Source of the DNA: a virus
DNA: 64,000 nt
IMG/VR virus record: IMGVR_UViG_3300035698_009139
Reading direction: 5' to 3' (one strand)
A model generated the notes under the pieces. It had not been told where the DNA came from, ran no database searches, and worked only from the letters and a program-made list of their open reading frames with translations. The position numbers were made by a program, and so were the translations under genes. How positions within the stretch are numbered: the stretch's first letter is position 1; each line of letters opens with the position of its first letter. Shown piece after piece: positions 27,500-35,662 of the stretch.

Positions 27500-28520
27500 A
27501 TCGACAGACACAAAACCGACTTTCCTTTGTCATGGACTTCGTAGTGAATGTACTGGATCCGTAACCAGATGTCTGTTAGAATCGGCAGTTTGCAGTCAGT
27601 CTGCCTCCTCTCACTAGCTTCGGCTTGAGGAAATCAAACACTGACCTGAGAGTAGTAATAGTAGAGTAATGGCGGTATGACGTCATTAGGATAACTGCAG
27701 CAATGCAGCCAAAGTTAGGACTTCACAGCCTAGCGCCAGAAATGGCCCTTTCATACAAGCTCAGATCTCCTGGCGACAGGTTATCACCGAAGGGTGGTAA
27801 TAAGATCAGACAGTCAGCTGTGTGTCCGAAAGGATACTCCCCAGGCCATCCGGTGAGGGGGAAGCGGCCCGCAAGCTGCACCGCAGATGCAAACTGACCG
27901 AAGATTGATGATTAATGAGTAGCCATAACAAGAGCACGAGCGATTTCAAGTAAGTGCAAGTGGCAGGACAATCGGTGATGGAATACCCCTTCTTAGGAAT
28001 GTGGTGTTACTGATTCGAGAAGGACAGCGGAGTACCTGGGAGGGGAAAGGCAAGACGGTGTGTTGTATTTTGTCGGTAACAACCGGCGAAGCAACTGAGA
28101 CAGCACATCGCAGTGATTTCTAAGAAGCTCGTGGAGAGCATCTGCCTTTAGCAGAAGTGGTGGTTCGATCCTACCTCTTTATTTAAAACGCAAAGCCTGT
28201 CTCAGTACGTTGTTAAAGTCGTCTAATCCTAGAATCCTCGGATAATCTAGGTTGCGGATCCTCGCAAGGGAAAAGCAATTGATGGCCAGAAGGTCGGAAA
28301 CTTCTAGCGGAGTTGTACTGCTCGCAAGGCAGACGGTTCGAAGGCTGTTGAGTAGCAACGTGCGATAAGTGAAATGCCACACTTTAAAAAAGGCGACGTT
28401 GTTCGCAGACTGCCCAGATCCTCGCGGAGGGGTAGTGGATAACCGGTTAACCTAGATTGCCAATTTAGGGTACGACTGAAGGTGCGGACGTGAAACGTGT
28501 AATCTCAGCGTTCTATCGAT
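27500..28520 (+). ncRNA. ~1-kb highly structured ncRNA, GOLLD-like
   Basis: No credible ORF; own promoter and downstream hairpin; long-range helices 27517-23/28215-21, 27586-94/27888-96, 28094-103/28197-206; GNRA-capped stems; lies among tRNAs. GOLLD identity not verified. Confidence 0.65.
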
Positions 28521-28536
28521 TCCCCAGTATGGGTGT

Positions 28537-28581
28537 AACTAAGCTAGCCGACGCGGATATAGTCGTCGGTTGGTTTAGTCA
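28537..28581 (+). terminator. Long hairpin downstream of the large ncRNA
   Basis: ACTAAGCTAGCCGACG...CGTCGGTTGGTTTAGT. Confidence 0.55.
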
Positions 28582-28596
28582 CATTTAGGAGGCACA

Positions 28597-28845
28597 ATGA
28601 AATTTATACGAAAGCCAGTGCCTGTGGAAGCAGTCCAATGGACTGGCGATAACCACAAACAAATGTCATCATTTGTCGGCGACCGACTCGAATACATGTC
28701 CTTCTTACAAGGACGGATTATGGAGCTGACAACGTCAAGGGGAATGATTAAGGTGCAGGTGAATGAATGGCTGGTCGTAGGACCATCCGGAGAGTTCTAC
28801 GCACGAACGGACGAAGCGTTCTGGAAAGCACACGAAGAAATTTAA
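28597..28845 (+). CDS. Conserved phage hypothetical protein (paralogue of 62531-62791)
   Basis: RKPVPVEAVQW..GEFY...F motif; AGGAGG RBS. Confidence 0.7.
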   Translation: MKFIRKPVPVEAVQWTGDNHKQMSSFVGDRLEYMSFLQGRIMELTTSRGMIKVQVNEWLVVGPSGEFYARTDEAFWKAHEEI

Positions 28846-28846
28846 T

Positions 28847-28921
28847 GGGCGTGAAGCACAACGGTTGTGCAGGGGATTGTCTATTCCAAGGTTGCGGGTT
28901 CGAATCCCGTCTCGCTCGCCA
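28847..28921 (+). tRNA. tRNA-Asp(GTC)
   Basis: Cloverleaf, TT-GTC-TA loop, GCCA. Confidence 0.8.
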
Positions 28922-29129
28922 ATTTTATGAGGTATCATAATGATATGCAAAAAGTGCCAAAAAGCGATGCATATAGGCCAAGTTATCGATCCGTTCCGGC
29001 CAGAAAATGCATTTGTTGATCCAGCACCCGCACCAATCAATAATGATACACTTGTGATGAAAGACTGTTGGAAATGTCCCACGTGTGGACATTCTGAATG
29101 GTTAGAATAAATTATATAATGGAGGTTAC

Positions 29130-29300
29130 ATGACTAAACTTCACATGTCTGTGGATGTTGCACCCAATACGATGGTATCAATGACCAAAGATGCGTACGA
29201 CGAAATGCAGGAGGATCTGCAAGTGTTGTATGCTCTACAGGCGGCCGGCGTGGATAGCTGGGATGGTTACGACTTCGCAATGGAGTCAATAGAAGATTAA
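29130..29300 (+). CDS. Small phage hypothetical protein
   Basis: GGAGG RBS; LQAAGVDSWDGY motif common in phage small proteins. Confidence 0.6.
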   Translation: MTKLHMSVDVAPNTMVSMTKDAYDEMQEDLQVLYALQAAGVDSWDGYDFAMESIED

Positions 29301-29301
29301 T

Positions 29302-29377
29302 GCCGCTCTTGTGTAGATGGTCTGCACGTCTGGTTGAAGTTCAGAAGGTCCGGGTTCGATTCCTGGGGGCGGCACCA
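29302..29377 (+). tRNA. tRNA-Phe(GAA)
   Basis: GCCGCTC/GGGCGGC-ACCA, TT-GAA-GT. Confidence 0.85.
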
Positions 29378-29383
29378 AAATAT

Positions 29384-29468
29384 GCGTCGGGAAAGTTAGT
29401 GGTTCTAGCACGAGGCCTGTAAAGCCTTTCTCTTCGGGGGAGAAGTTCGATTCTTCACCGGCGCACCA
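29384..29468 (+). tRNA. tRNA-Tyr(GTA)
   Basis: GAGGC-CTGTAAA-GCCTT, variable hairpin, ACCA. Confidence 0.8.
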
Positions 29469-29474
29469 AACGAC

Positions 29475-29622
29475 GGACTGTTGGCGGAAGAGGCAGACGC
29501 ACTGGGTTGATAGCCTGGGTTAGATACCACACGGGTCGGCATAGAAAACCTATCGTAATATCTCGAGTAAAAGCGGCAGTTAGTTTATGTTCTTGGAGGT
29601 TCGAATCCTTCACAGTCCACTA
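29475..29622 (+). ncRNA. tRNA-like RNA (GAT anticodon) with a ~75-nt insertion in the variable region
   Basis: GGACTGT/ACAGTCC acceptor, class-II-type D-arm, CTGGG-TTGATAG-CCTGG, T-arm; ends ACTA. Confidence 0.65.
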
Positions 29623-29706
29623 TTACATCAGAAGTAAAACGAGGCGTTACAGCACGCCTATCCACAGAACGCGACGGCGCGCGGCCGGTAATCAGTCTGC
29701 GGAGGA

Positions 29707-29807
29707 CTCGCACAGCACACAGAAACGGGAAACGTTGGTTCGAATCCAACTGCAGCGGCGTAAGGTCGTTGTATCGTCTAGTGGCTTAGGACGCCCGTAT
29801 GTGCGAG
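29707..29807 (+). ncRNA. Circularly permuted tRNA-like RNA (YrlA/Y RNA-like) 1
   Basis: Order T-arm, looped acceptor, D-arm, closed by ACGGG/CCCGT and CTCGCAC/GTGCGAG; ACAGCA motif. Confidence 0.7.
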
Positions 29808-29823
29808 AAGGATGTAATGATAT

Positions 29824-29910
29824 TCAGCATCGAGGAAGGGGAGGTAGTGGTTCGAGTCCGCTTATTGCTACGGCGATATAGTCCAATTGGTAGGGCGCCC
29901 CGTGTCGATG
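29824..29910 (+). ncRNA. Circularly permuted tRNA-like RNA (YrlA/Y RNA-like) 2
   Basis: CATCGA/TCGATG and GGGG/CCCC close T-arm, TATTGC-TACG-GCGATA acceptor hairpin and D-arm; TCAGCA motif. Confidence 0.7.
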
Positions 29911-29918
29911 TAAACAAT

Positions 29919-29992
29919 GAGCCCTTGGCAGAATGGTGATGCGTCGGTCTGCAAAACCGAAGGCTCCGGTTCAATTCCGGAAGGGTTCTCCA
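29919..29992 (+). tRNA. tRNA-Cys(GCA)
   Basis: TCGGT-CTGCAAA-ACCGA, U73, CCA. Confidence 0.9.
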
Positions 29993-29999
29993 AAATAAA

Positions 30000-30083
30000 G
30001 CCTCTGTGGTGAAACGGCAGACACGCTAGTCTTAGGAACTAGTACCGCAAGGTGTGGGGGTTCGACTCCCTCCAGGGGCACCA
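30000..30083 (+). tRNA. tRNA-Leu(TAG)
   Basis: CTAGT-CTTAGGA-ACTAG, long variable arm, ACCA. Confidence 0.9.
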
Positions 30084-30257
30084 ATTCAAGGTATATTATG
30101 AAAGAAATTAGTAGAGAAATAATCAACGACAAATATGCGGCAATACGGTATAAATTAGATGAACCGATAATCCGAAGATATTATCCAATTCAATATGTGA
30201 CAATTCGAATTGAACGGTACGGGTGCCAACCGCTATTAATTTAAGGAAGAAATTAAT

Positions 30258-30331
30258 GGCTCTATCGTCCAACGGTAAAACACTAGATTGTCTATCTTGT
30301 AGCCGGGGTTCGACTCCCTCCAGGGGCACCA
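30258..30331 (+). pseudogene. Chimeric tRNA: Asp(GTC) 5' part fused to a copy of the tRNA-Leu 3' end
   Basis: 30305-30334 identical to 30057-30086; acceptor and T stems pair poorly. Confidence 0.65.
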
Positions 30332-30354
30332 ATTTCTTATAAATAGGCAACAAT

Positions 30355-30429
30355 GGGGCGCTAGTGCTAACGGGAACACGTTGGTTTTGCATACCGAAGT
30401 TCGGGGTTCGATTCCCCGGCGCTCCACCA
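30355..30429 (+). tRNA. tRNA-Ala(TGC)
   Basis: GGGGCGC/GCGCTCC with G3:U70, TT-TGC-AT; TATAAATA at 30338-30345. Confidence 0.9.
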
Positions 30430-30446
30430 ATTTTGAGGGGTTCACA

Positions 30447-30821
30447 ATGCAGCGATTTACACAGTTCACACTAAGTGAGATGGTTGATAAAGATGATACT
30501 GAAGATCAGAGCATCAAAAAGGCCGATCACGCAACGCTGCAGCTTAAGCATCGACACATGCAGAGTAGCTGGTCCGACGATAAAGGATCGCACCACACGT
30601 TGTCGCACAATTCACATGACGAAGTATCGAAGCCTAAGATAGACTTTCATCACTTCGTCGGCGGAAAGCATAAGGCCTCATTTAGTGTGCCGATCGATAA
30701 GACACAGAGCAGAGAAGATATAGGCAAAGCTGTTCCAAAGGGAACACATGCATCTGTCGCTGATAAGATTCATCAGCGCCACGCAGCAGACCATTCTTCT
30801 TACAACCACTACAACTCATAA
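30447..30821 (+). CDS. Putative internal head protein
   Basis: MQRFTQFTLSE capsid-targeting-like leader; His-rich; downstream of a late promoter. Confidence 0.55.
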   Translation: MQRFTQFTLSEMVDKDDTEDQSIKKADHATLQLKHRHMQSSWSDDKGSHHTLSHNSHDEVSKPKIDFHHFVGGKHKASFSVPIDKTQSREDIGKAVPKGTHASVADKIHQRHAADHSSYNHYNS

Positions 30822-30832
30822 AGGACAGTCCT

Positions 30833-31234
30833 ATGGATTTCAGAGATTTCAAGTCATTCAACAGAGAATTTACACCCATCACTCGGTTAACTGAGTCTAC
30901 AGAGCATGCGAAACTCCGTTCAGGCGCTAAAGAAGAATTTGGTTATGCTTCTAAGGGCGAGGGTGATTATCTCCCTATCAAAAAGAACGCGACGCATGAA
31001 GTACATGCCGGGGGCGGCCGCGGCGGGGCAACATACTCGGGCCGGCACAAGCCAGTCGGAAATGCATCACGGACAGACCATTCACACACAACAATTGATC
31101 ATCCAGAAGACGGCGGCAGCCCAAACAAGGCTGACATTCATCGTCAGGTCACAAAACAGAATCCACATCTAGCGGTTGATCATCAAAAGGCTCTGACGCA
31201 GATCATTCATCACGATGTGAAAGAGAATTACTAA
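30833..31234 (+). CDS. Putative internal head protein
   Basis: FKSFNRE..LTE leader; HSHT..QNPHL module shared with the C-terminus of ORF 1-1698. Confidence 0.55.
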   Translation: MDFRDFKSFNREFTPITRLTESTEHAKLRSGAKEEFGYASKGEGDYLPIKKNATHEVHAGGGRGGATYSGRHKPVGNASRTDHSHTTIDHPEDGGSPNKADIHRQVTKQNPHLAVDHQKALTQIIHHDVKENY

Positions 31235-31241
31235 AAACAAA

Positions 31242-31327
31242 GCCGATGTGGTGAAACGGTAGACGCAGCTGCTTCAAACGTAGCCGAGAGCGATCTCATG
31301 GGGGTTCGAATCCCTTCATCGGCACCA
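31242..31327 (+). tRNA. tRNA-Leu(CAA)
   Basis: GCTGC-TTCAAAC-GTAGC, long variable arm, ACCA. Confidence 0.9.
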
Positions 31328-31338
31328 ATTAGAACAAT

Positions 31339-31431
31339 GGAAGGTGAACCAGCCAGGGGTTGGACCGGTCTTGAAAACCGTGGGAACCTGCGAGAGCAGG
31401 TTTGGGCTTCGAGTGCACCCGCCTTCCTCCA
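31339..31431 (+). tRNA. tRNA-Ser(TGA)
   Basis: CGGT-CTTGAAA-ACCG, long variable arm; bulged T-stem. Confidence 0.8.
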
Positions 31432-31445
31432 ACACGGAGTACATT

Positions 31446-31790
31446 ATGAAAGCACCAAGTCGCATATCAATTCGGGTCAGAAAGACGGAATATTTGGCTG
31501 GCAGCCTATCAGAGGTCGCAAAGTTGATACAGACATGGATAGAGCAATATGGTCCCGAAGCGTATCTGGACATTGATATGGAGCATGAGTTTTACGGCAA
31601 TGAATACGCAACAGCCGTAATCAATTACGACCGAGTGGAAAATGATTCCGAGTACAAGAAACGATGCGATAGAATAGATATCGATCGGCGGAAGGCCGAG
31701 CGAGCGGCCAAGAAGCAAAAAGCTGTCGATCTGAACACGTACAAACGCATAAAGAAAGAAATCGAAGCAGACAAACAATCCGGGGTGTAG
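31446..31790 (+). CDS. Hypothetical protein
   Basis: GGAG RBS; stop lies inside tRNA-Pro. Confidence 0.6.
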   Translation: MKAPSRISIRVRKTEYLAGSLSEVAKLIQTWIEQYGPEAYLDIDMEHEFYGNEYATAVINYDRVENDSEYKKRCDRIDIDRRKAERAAKKQKAVDLNTYKRIKKEIEADKQSGV

Positions 31791-31858
31791 CTCAGGCTGG
31801 CCAGAGCTTTCCGTTTGGGGCGGAAAAGTCGTAGGTTCGAATCCTATCACCCCGACCA
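31781..31858 (+). tRNA. tRNA-Pro(TGG)
   Basis: CGGGGTG/CACCCCG-ACCA, TT-TGG-GG. Confidence 0.92.
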
Positions 31859-31964
31859 ATTTGAGGAGAATGTGATGAACTGGTGGAAACCAATAATCTG
31901 ACAAAGAAACAGTAACATCAATACTAAGATCGCCGATGTTAGTATGCAGAATTAAAGTTATAAT

Positions 31965-32039
31965 GGTCGGGTGGCTTGAATGGGAAGCAACGTCTTTACA
32001 TGGCGTGATATGTGGGTTCGAATCCCTCGCCGATCACCA
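31965..32039 (+). tRNA. tRNA-Val(TAC)
   Basis: ACGTC-TTTACAT-GGCGT, ACCA. Confidence 0.8.
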
Positions 32040-32389
32040 ATTTGGGAATTAACGCCAATTTCGAAGATAGGATCCGGAGCCGAAACGTGGGTAGTGAGAA
32101 CCACTTCTTCCTGGAAGACGACGGACTGTTCTTCCAGCCAAATCAATTTACGTCGGGTATCGCATAGTTGCGGTCGGTCTGATTATAACAGTTGTAAGCG
32201 CATGGTCAGTAGACGAATGGATAAAATAGAGTTTGATTGTACATGATGATTCTAGGGTGCAATAACCCCCGCCAGACACCAGTTTAGTAACCGAGCCTCG
32301 TAGCTAGAGGTCCGCGGATGGATAAGCGACGGCGAAACGGTTCGACTCCGTATGTGACGGATACGTCACCGGTTACTGATTTAACAAAT

Positions 32390-32461
32390 GGCTGATGTGA
32401 TGGATCTGGCATGTGCCTCATACGCGCGTCGCACCCGGTCCGATTCCGGGATCAGCCACCA
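32390..32461 (+). tRNA. tRNA-Met(CAT), atypical D-arm and T-loop
   Basis: GGCTGAT/ATCAGCC-ACCA, CT-CAT-AC. Confidence 0.7.
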
Positions 32462-32645
32462 AGTTTGCTGTCCGCTAATAACTGGATGAGGCTAGTTCAG
32501 TAAGCGACCGGCGTGTAGCCGGAGAATGGTGTGCAGAAATATCTATCGACTTCTAGTACGATACATATTATGCTGAATGATATACTGATAACTGGGTCTT
32601 TAACTCAACTTCGGTCTATTAGTTCAACCCAGCAAAGCCAATTAT

Positions 32646-32720
32646 GGTTCTATAGTTCAATGGCAGAACGTTCGGCCGATAACCGAAAGAAGATGGGTTC
32701 AATTCCCTCTAGGACTACCA
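32646..32720 (+). tRNA. tRNA-Ile(GAT)
   Basis: TTCGG-CCGATAA-CCGAA (C33), ACCA. Confidence 0.85.
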
Positions 32721-32736
32721 ATTTGAGGATTATATA

Positions 32737-33006
32737 ATGAGCACTCTGACCAAAAATTATGCTATCTTGGTTTCGTACCGGGACAACAGCTATCGCTGGA
32801 GCACAACTAGGTTTGAGGCGAGCGTCGCTGATGATTTCATCACTAGAGTGTTTGACTCACTTGTGCAGTTGCCAGATATCCGCGAGGTGAAAATCTTCGA
32901 GGTGGCCGCCCGCCCAATGTTTCACACACATGCAACATTTGAAGAAGATCTCACATCAGACGCAATGATGGAGAAATTAGAGATATTGAAAGGATCATTA
33001 CAATGA
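32737..33006 (+). CDS. Hypothetical protein
   Basis: GAGGA RBS. Confidence 0.6.
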   Translation: MSTLTKNYAILVSYRDNSYRWSTTRFEASVADDFITRVFDSLVQLPDIREVKIFEVAARPMFHTHATFEEDLTSDAMMEKLEILKGSLQ

Positions 33007-33467
33007 ACGTCCACCAATTCTATTTCGTCAGAGATGATCTCGAGTCAATGAATCCCGGCAAGATGGCCGCACAGGTATCGCACGCCGCAGCTATGTTGGC
33101 TGAGCGTGGGCTGTGCTCAGGTAATTCTACGTTCTATGATTTATACAAGTCGTGGATGAATCAGACGACAGATAACTTCGGGGTCGCTCACACGAGGGCC
33201 GCTGATCCTCATGATATTTTTGACATGGGTGCTGATCTGGATGATGACTATGAATCCCAGTTGTCGGCGATCATCAACAATGCTACCTTAGAGGGAGCGG
33301 TACCTAACATTATTGATGTTACTGTAACAGACCCGGAATATCCATTGAAAGATGGCCGCACGGTTCATCACTTTCCAATGCAGACTGTTCGGGCCGTGAT
33401 GTTTGATGTAGACAAACATCCTACACTCGGCGCCGCATTCCAGAAGATGTCCTACAGGCATCCATAA
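33003..33467 (+). CDS. Peptidyl-tRNA hydrolase type 2-like protein
   Basis: VRDDL.SMNPGKMAAQVSHA motif. Confidence 0.75.
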   Translation: MNVHQFYFVRDDLESMNPGKMAAQVSHAAAMLAERGLCSGNSTFYDLYKSWMNQTTDNFGVAHTRAADPHDIFDMGADLDDDYESQLSAIINNATLEGAVPNIIDVTVTDPEYPLKDGRTVHHFPMQTVRAVMFDVDKHPTLGAAFQKMSYRHP

Positions 33468-33471
33468 CAAT

Positions 33472-33546
33472 CTCCCTGTCGTCTAGTGGCTAGGACGCTA
33501 CCCTCTCAAGGTAGAAACGTCGGTTCAAGTCCGATCAGGGGGCCCA
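33472..33546 (+). tRNA. tRNA-Glu(CTC)
   Basis: CTACC-CTCTCAA-GGTAG, canonical D and T arms. Confidence 0.88.
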
Positions 33547-33592
33547 ATTAACCGGTATAGACCGTGGCAATCGTCCCCAGTGGAATTTTAAT

Positions 33593-33676
33593 GGGCCGCT
33601 GAAGCTGAAACTAAGTCTGGGACAGGAGCGGTCTTTTAAACCGTATGCGTGGGTTCGATTCCCCGGCGGCCCCCCA
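33593..33676 (+). tRNA. tRNA-Lys(TTT), enlarged D region
   Basis: GGGCCGC/GCGGCCC, CGGT-CTTTTAA-ACCG. Confidence 0.65.
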
Positions 33677-33682
33677 AACAAT

Positions 33683-33757
33683 CGCCGGCGTAGTGTAATG
33701 GTAACACGACAGGTTGTGGTCCTGTTAATGAGAGTTCGATCCTCTCCGTCGCGACCA
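33683..33757 (+). tRNA. tRNA-His(GTG) with A73 and no G-1
   Basis: ACAGG-TTGTGGT-CCTGT, ends GCG-ACCA. Confidence 0.82.
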
Positions 33758-33814
33758 ATTAGATGTTGACCTCTATATGAGGTTGATGTAAGATGAGTTA
33801 ACATTCAGCATGAG

Positions 33815-34018
33815 GTGATTATGATTATCGATTCACGAGGACCAGATGGCAATGCCTTTACAATCATGGGCCAGGTCAAAGTACTTCTGAAACAAATTGG
33901 CCGATCGGATGAATGGGAAGATATTCGGGAACGGATGTTCAGCGGATCGTATGATGAGCTTTGCGACATTGCAGAAGAAGTCACTAACGGCTCAATTGTC
34001 GTCACAAATCGTGGATAG
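33815..34018 (+). CDS. Hypothetical phage protein
   Basis: GPDGNAFTIMG..SGSYDEL motif; promoter TTGACC-17-TAAGAT upstream. Confidence 0.65.
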   Translation: MIMIIDSRGPDGNAFTIMGQVKVLLKQIGRSDEWEDIRERMFSGSYDELCDIAEEVTNGSIVVTNRG

Positions 34019-34337
34019 CCGCCAGCGAATTTTTGCGCAGAGGATGACTGAAGTCAGCCACCGTCGGCAAGAATTCAAGTGTGATACCGCCAGAAGAATG
34101 GCGGCCGAATATATAAGACGGCTTGACAAAGAGCGGTCGGATAAACTGTTGAAAGATAAGGACGGTGACAATGGCGTATGACCACACGACGTACTATAAG
34201 CCTGTGACGCATTCACGCCGCAAGGACGGATGCCCAAAATGCCATAGCACCGCAGATTACGTTGAAGCTATTGGTTTTGAACAGTGCGGGGCCTGCGGAT
34301 ACTTCGTAGACTATCACCGCGGAACAGTGGAGAATGC

Positions 34338-34828
34338 ATGATGAACGACGCATATCAAGATCCGATGGTGACGGTGGCGATTTATCTCGCAATCGCCACG
34401 ACCACGGCTAAGATCTTTCACAGAGGACAAGTGCGCTGGGATGGTTCCGATTATTTCGACAACCACATCCAGCAAGTGACGGAAGATGTGTGTGTAAAGC
34501 ACTCAGGCCACGTCGATGGACCAACGCTCGCCGCGATTGCGTTGCTGCACGATATCATCGAGGACACCGCATGTGACGAAGAGATGTTACGGTCCCTCGG
34601 ATTTGATGACCGTGTGATGGATGGCGTGCTGGCGATTACGAAAGTATATGATGGGTCAGAGGATTACTGGCAGTATCTGGAACGCGTCAAACGCAACCCA
34701 GACGCCCGCGCCGCGCCGTCAAGATCTGTGACATCGGCAATAACCTTGCTGACATTATGGAAAACTATCCGAACAAGACAAAATCAATCACGAAATACAA
34801 CAAAGCGTTGGATTTCCTAAACAGTTAA
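34338..34828 (+). pseudogene. HD-domain (SpoT/Mesh1-like) hydrolase broken by a 5-bp duplication
   Basis: HRGQVRWDG..Y..H, LLHDIIEDT; GCGCC duplicated at 34708-34717; removal restores ARAVKICDIGNN. Confidence 0.75.
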
Positions 34829-34829
34829 T

Positions 34830-34903
34830 AGCGCTGAAGCCAACTGGTGCGGCGGCAGGCTTTGACCCTGCTTTAGAAGGTTCGATTCCTTCCAGTGCTT
34901 CCA
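34830..34903 (+). tRNA. tRNA-Gln(TTG)
   Basis: GCAGG-CTTTGAC-CCTGC, TCCA. Confidence 0.85.
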
Positions 34904-34909
34904 ATTTAT

Positions 34910-35040
34910 GGCGATGCAGAGCATTCTAATGGATAATGCGCCAGAGACTTAATGTACATACCATAGCGTTGCCACGCAGTACGGTGGTGGCAGGAGGTTG
35001 TCTCAGGAGATAAGGGGGTTCGATTCCCTCCATCGTCACA
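34910..35040 (+). ncRNA. tRNA-like RNA with a ~50-nt insertion in place of the anticodon loop
   Basis: GGCGATG/CATCGTC, GCATT/AATGC D-arm, GAGAC/GTCTC, T-arm. Confidence 0.65.
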
Positions 35041-35050
35041 GTTTTAATAT

Positions 35051-35129
35051 GCACCTGTATGCCGCCGGTCTTCGAAACCGGAGAAAGCTAACTGGATACA
35101 TGGAGGTTCGACTCCTCTCAGGTGCGCCA
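35051..35129 (+). tRNA. tRNA-Arg(TCG) lacking a normal D-arm
   Basis: GCACCTG/CAGGTGC-GCCA, CCGGT-CTTCGAA-ACCGG; D-loop-like AGCTAACTGGATA sits 3' of the anticodon arm. Confidence 0.7.
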
Positions 35130-35175
35130 ATTATTCTAACTTATAAATACTCCAGAATCTACAGGAGATTGTTAT

Positions 35176-35595
35176 ATGAAGAAGTGCACTAATTGTAAAG
35201 AAGAAAAATCAGAAGAGCACTTTGCTTGGAAAAATAAAGCTAAAGGCTTGAGACAAAACAAGTGCAAAATATGTTACAGCGCCTACAACAGAACATATTA
35301 CCATTCTGGTGAAAAGCATAAACAAAAAGCACGAGTGAGGGCCAATATTGAAAAAACTGCTCAAAAGTATCGAGCATGGAAGGACTTACAATCCTGTAAT
35401 GAATGTGATGAATCTGCCGCAGAGTGTTTAGACCTTCACCACCTAGATCCGACAAAAAAGGATTTTTCATTGTCAGGATCATACCAAATGTATACCTGGG
35501 AACGTATACAGAAAGAATTACATAAGTGTGTGGTGTTATGTGCCAACTGCCATCGAAAAGTCCACACTGGCCGAATACAAATATTGGACCCGTAG
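35176..35595 (+). CDS. HNH homing-type endonuclease
   Basis: CxxC pairs, LDLHH.DP, CVVLCANCHRKVH; TATAAATA at 35142-35149. Confidence 0.8.
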   Translation: MKKCTNCKEEKSEEHFAWKNKAKGLRQNKCKICYSAYNRTYYHSGEKHKQKARVRANIEKTAQKYRAWKDLQSCNECDESAAECLDLHHLDPTKKDFSLSGSYQMYTWERIQKELHKCVVLCANCHRKVHTGRIQILDP

Positions 35596-35662
35596 CACAA
35601 CTGGATAGTGCATCGATCTTCTAAATCGAGGGTTGCAGGTTCAAGTCCTGCCGGGTCCACCA
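35586..35662 (+). tRNA. tRNA-Arg(TCT)
   Basis: TCGAT-CTTCTAA-ATCGA, ACCA. Confidence 0.93.

Noticed and set aside
27500-28520. Group I/II intron or rRNA fragment as the identity of the large RNA
   Set aside because: Has its own promoter, interrupts no gene, and no catalytic-core or rRNA signature was recognised
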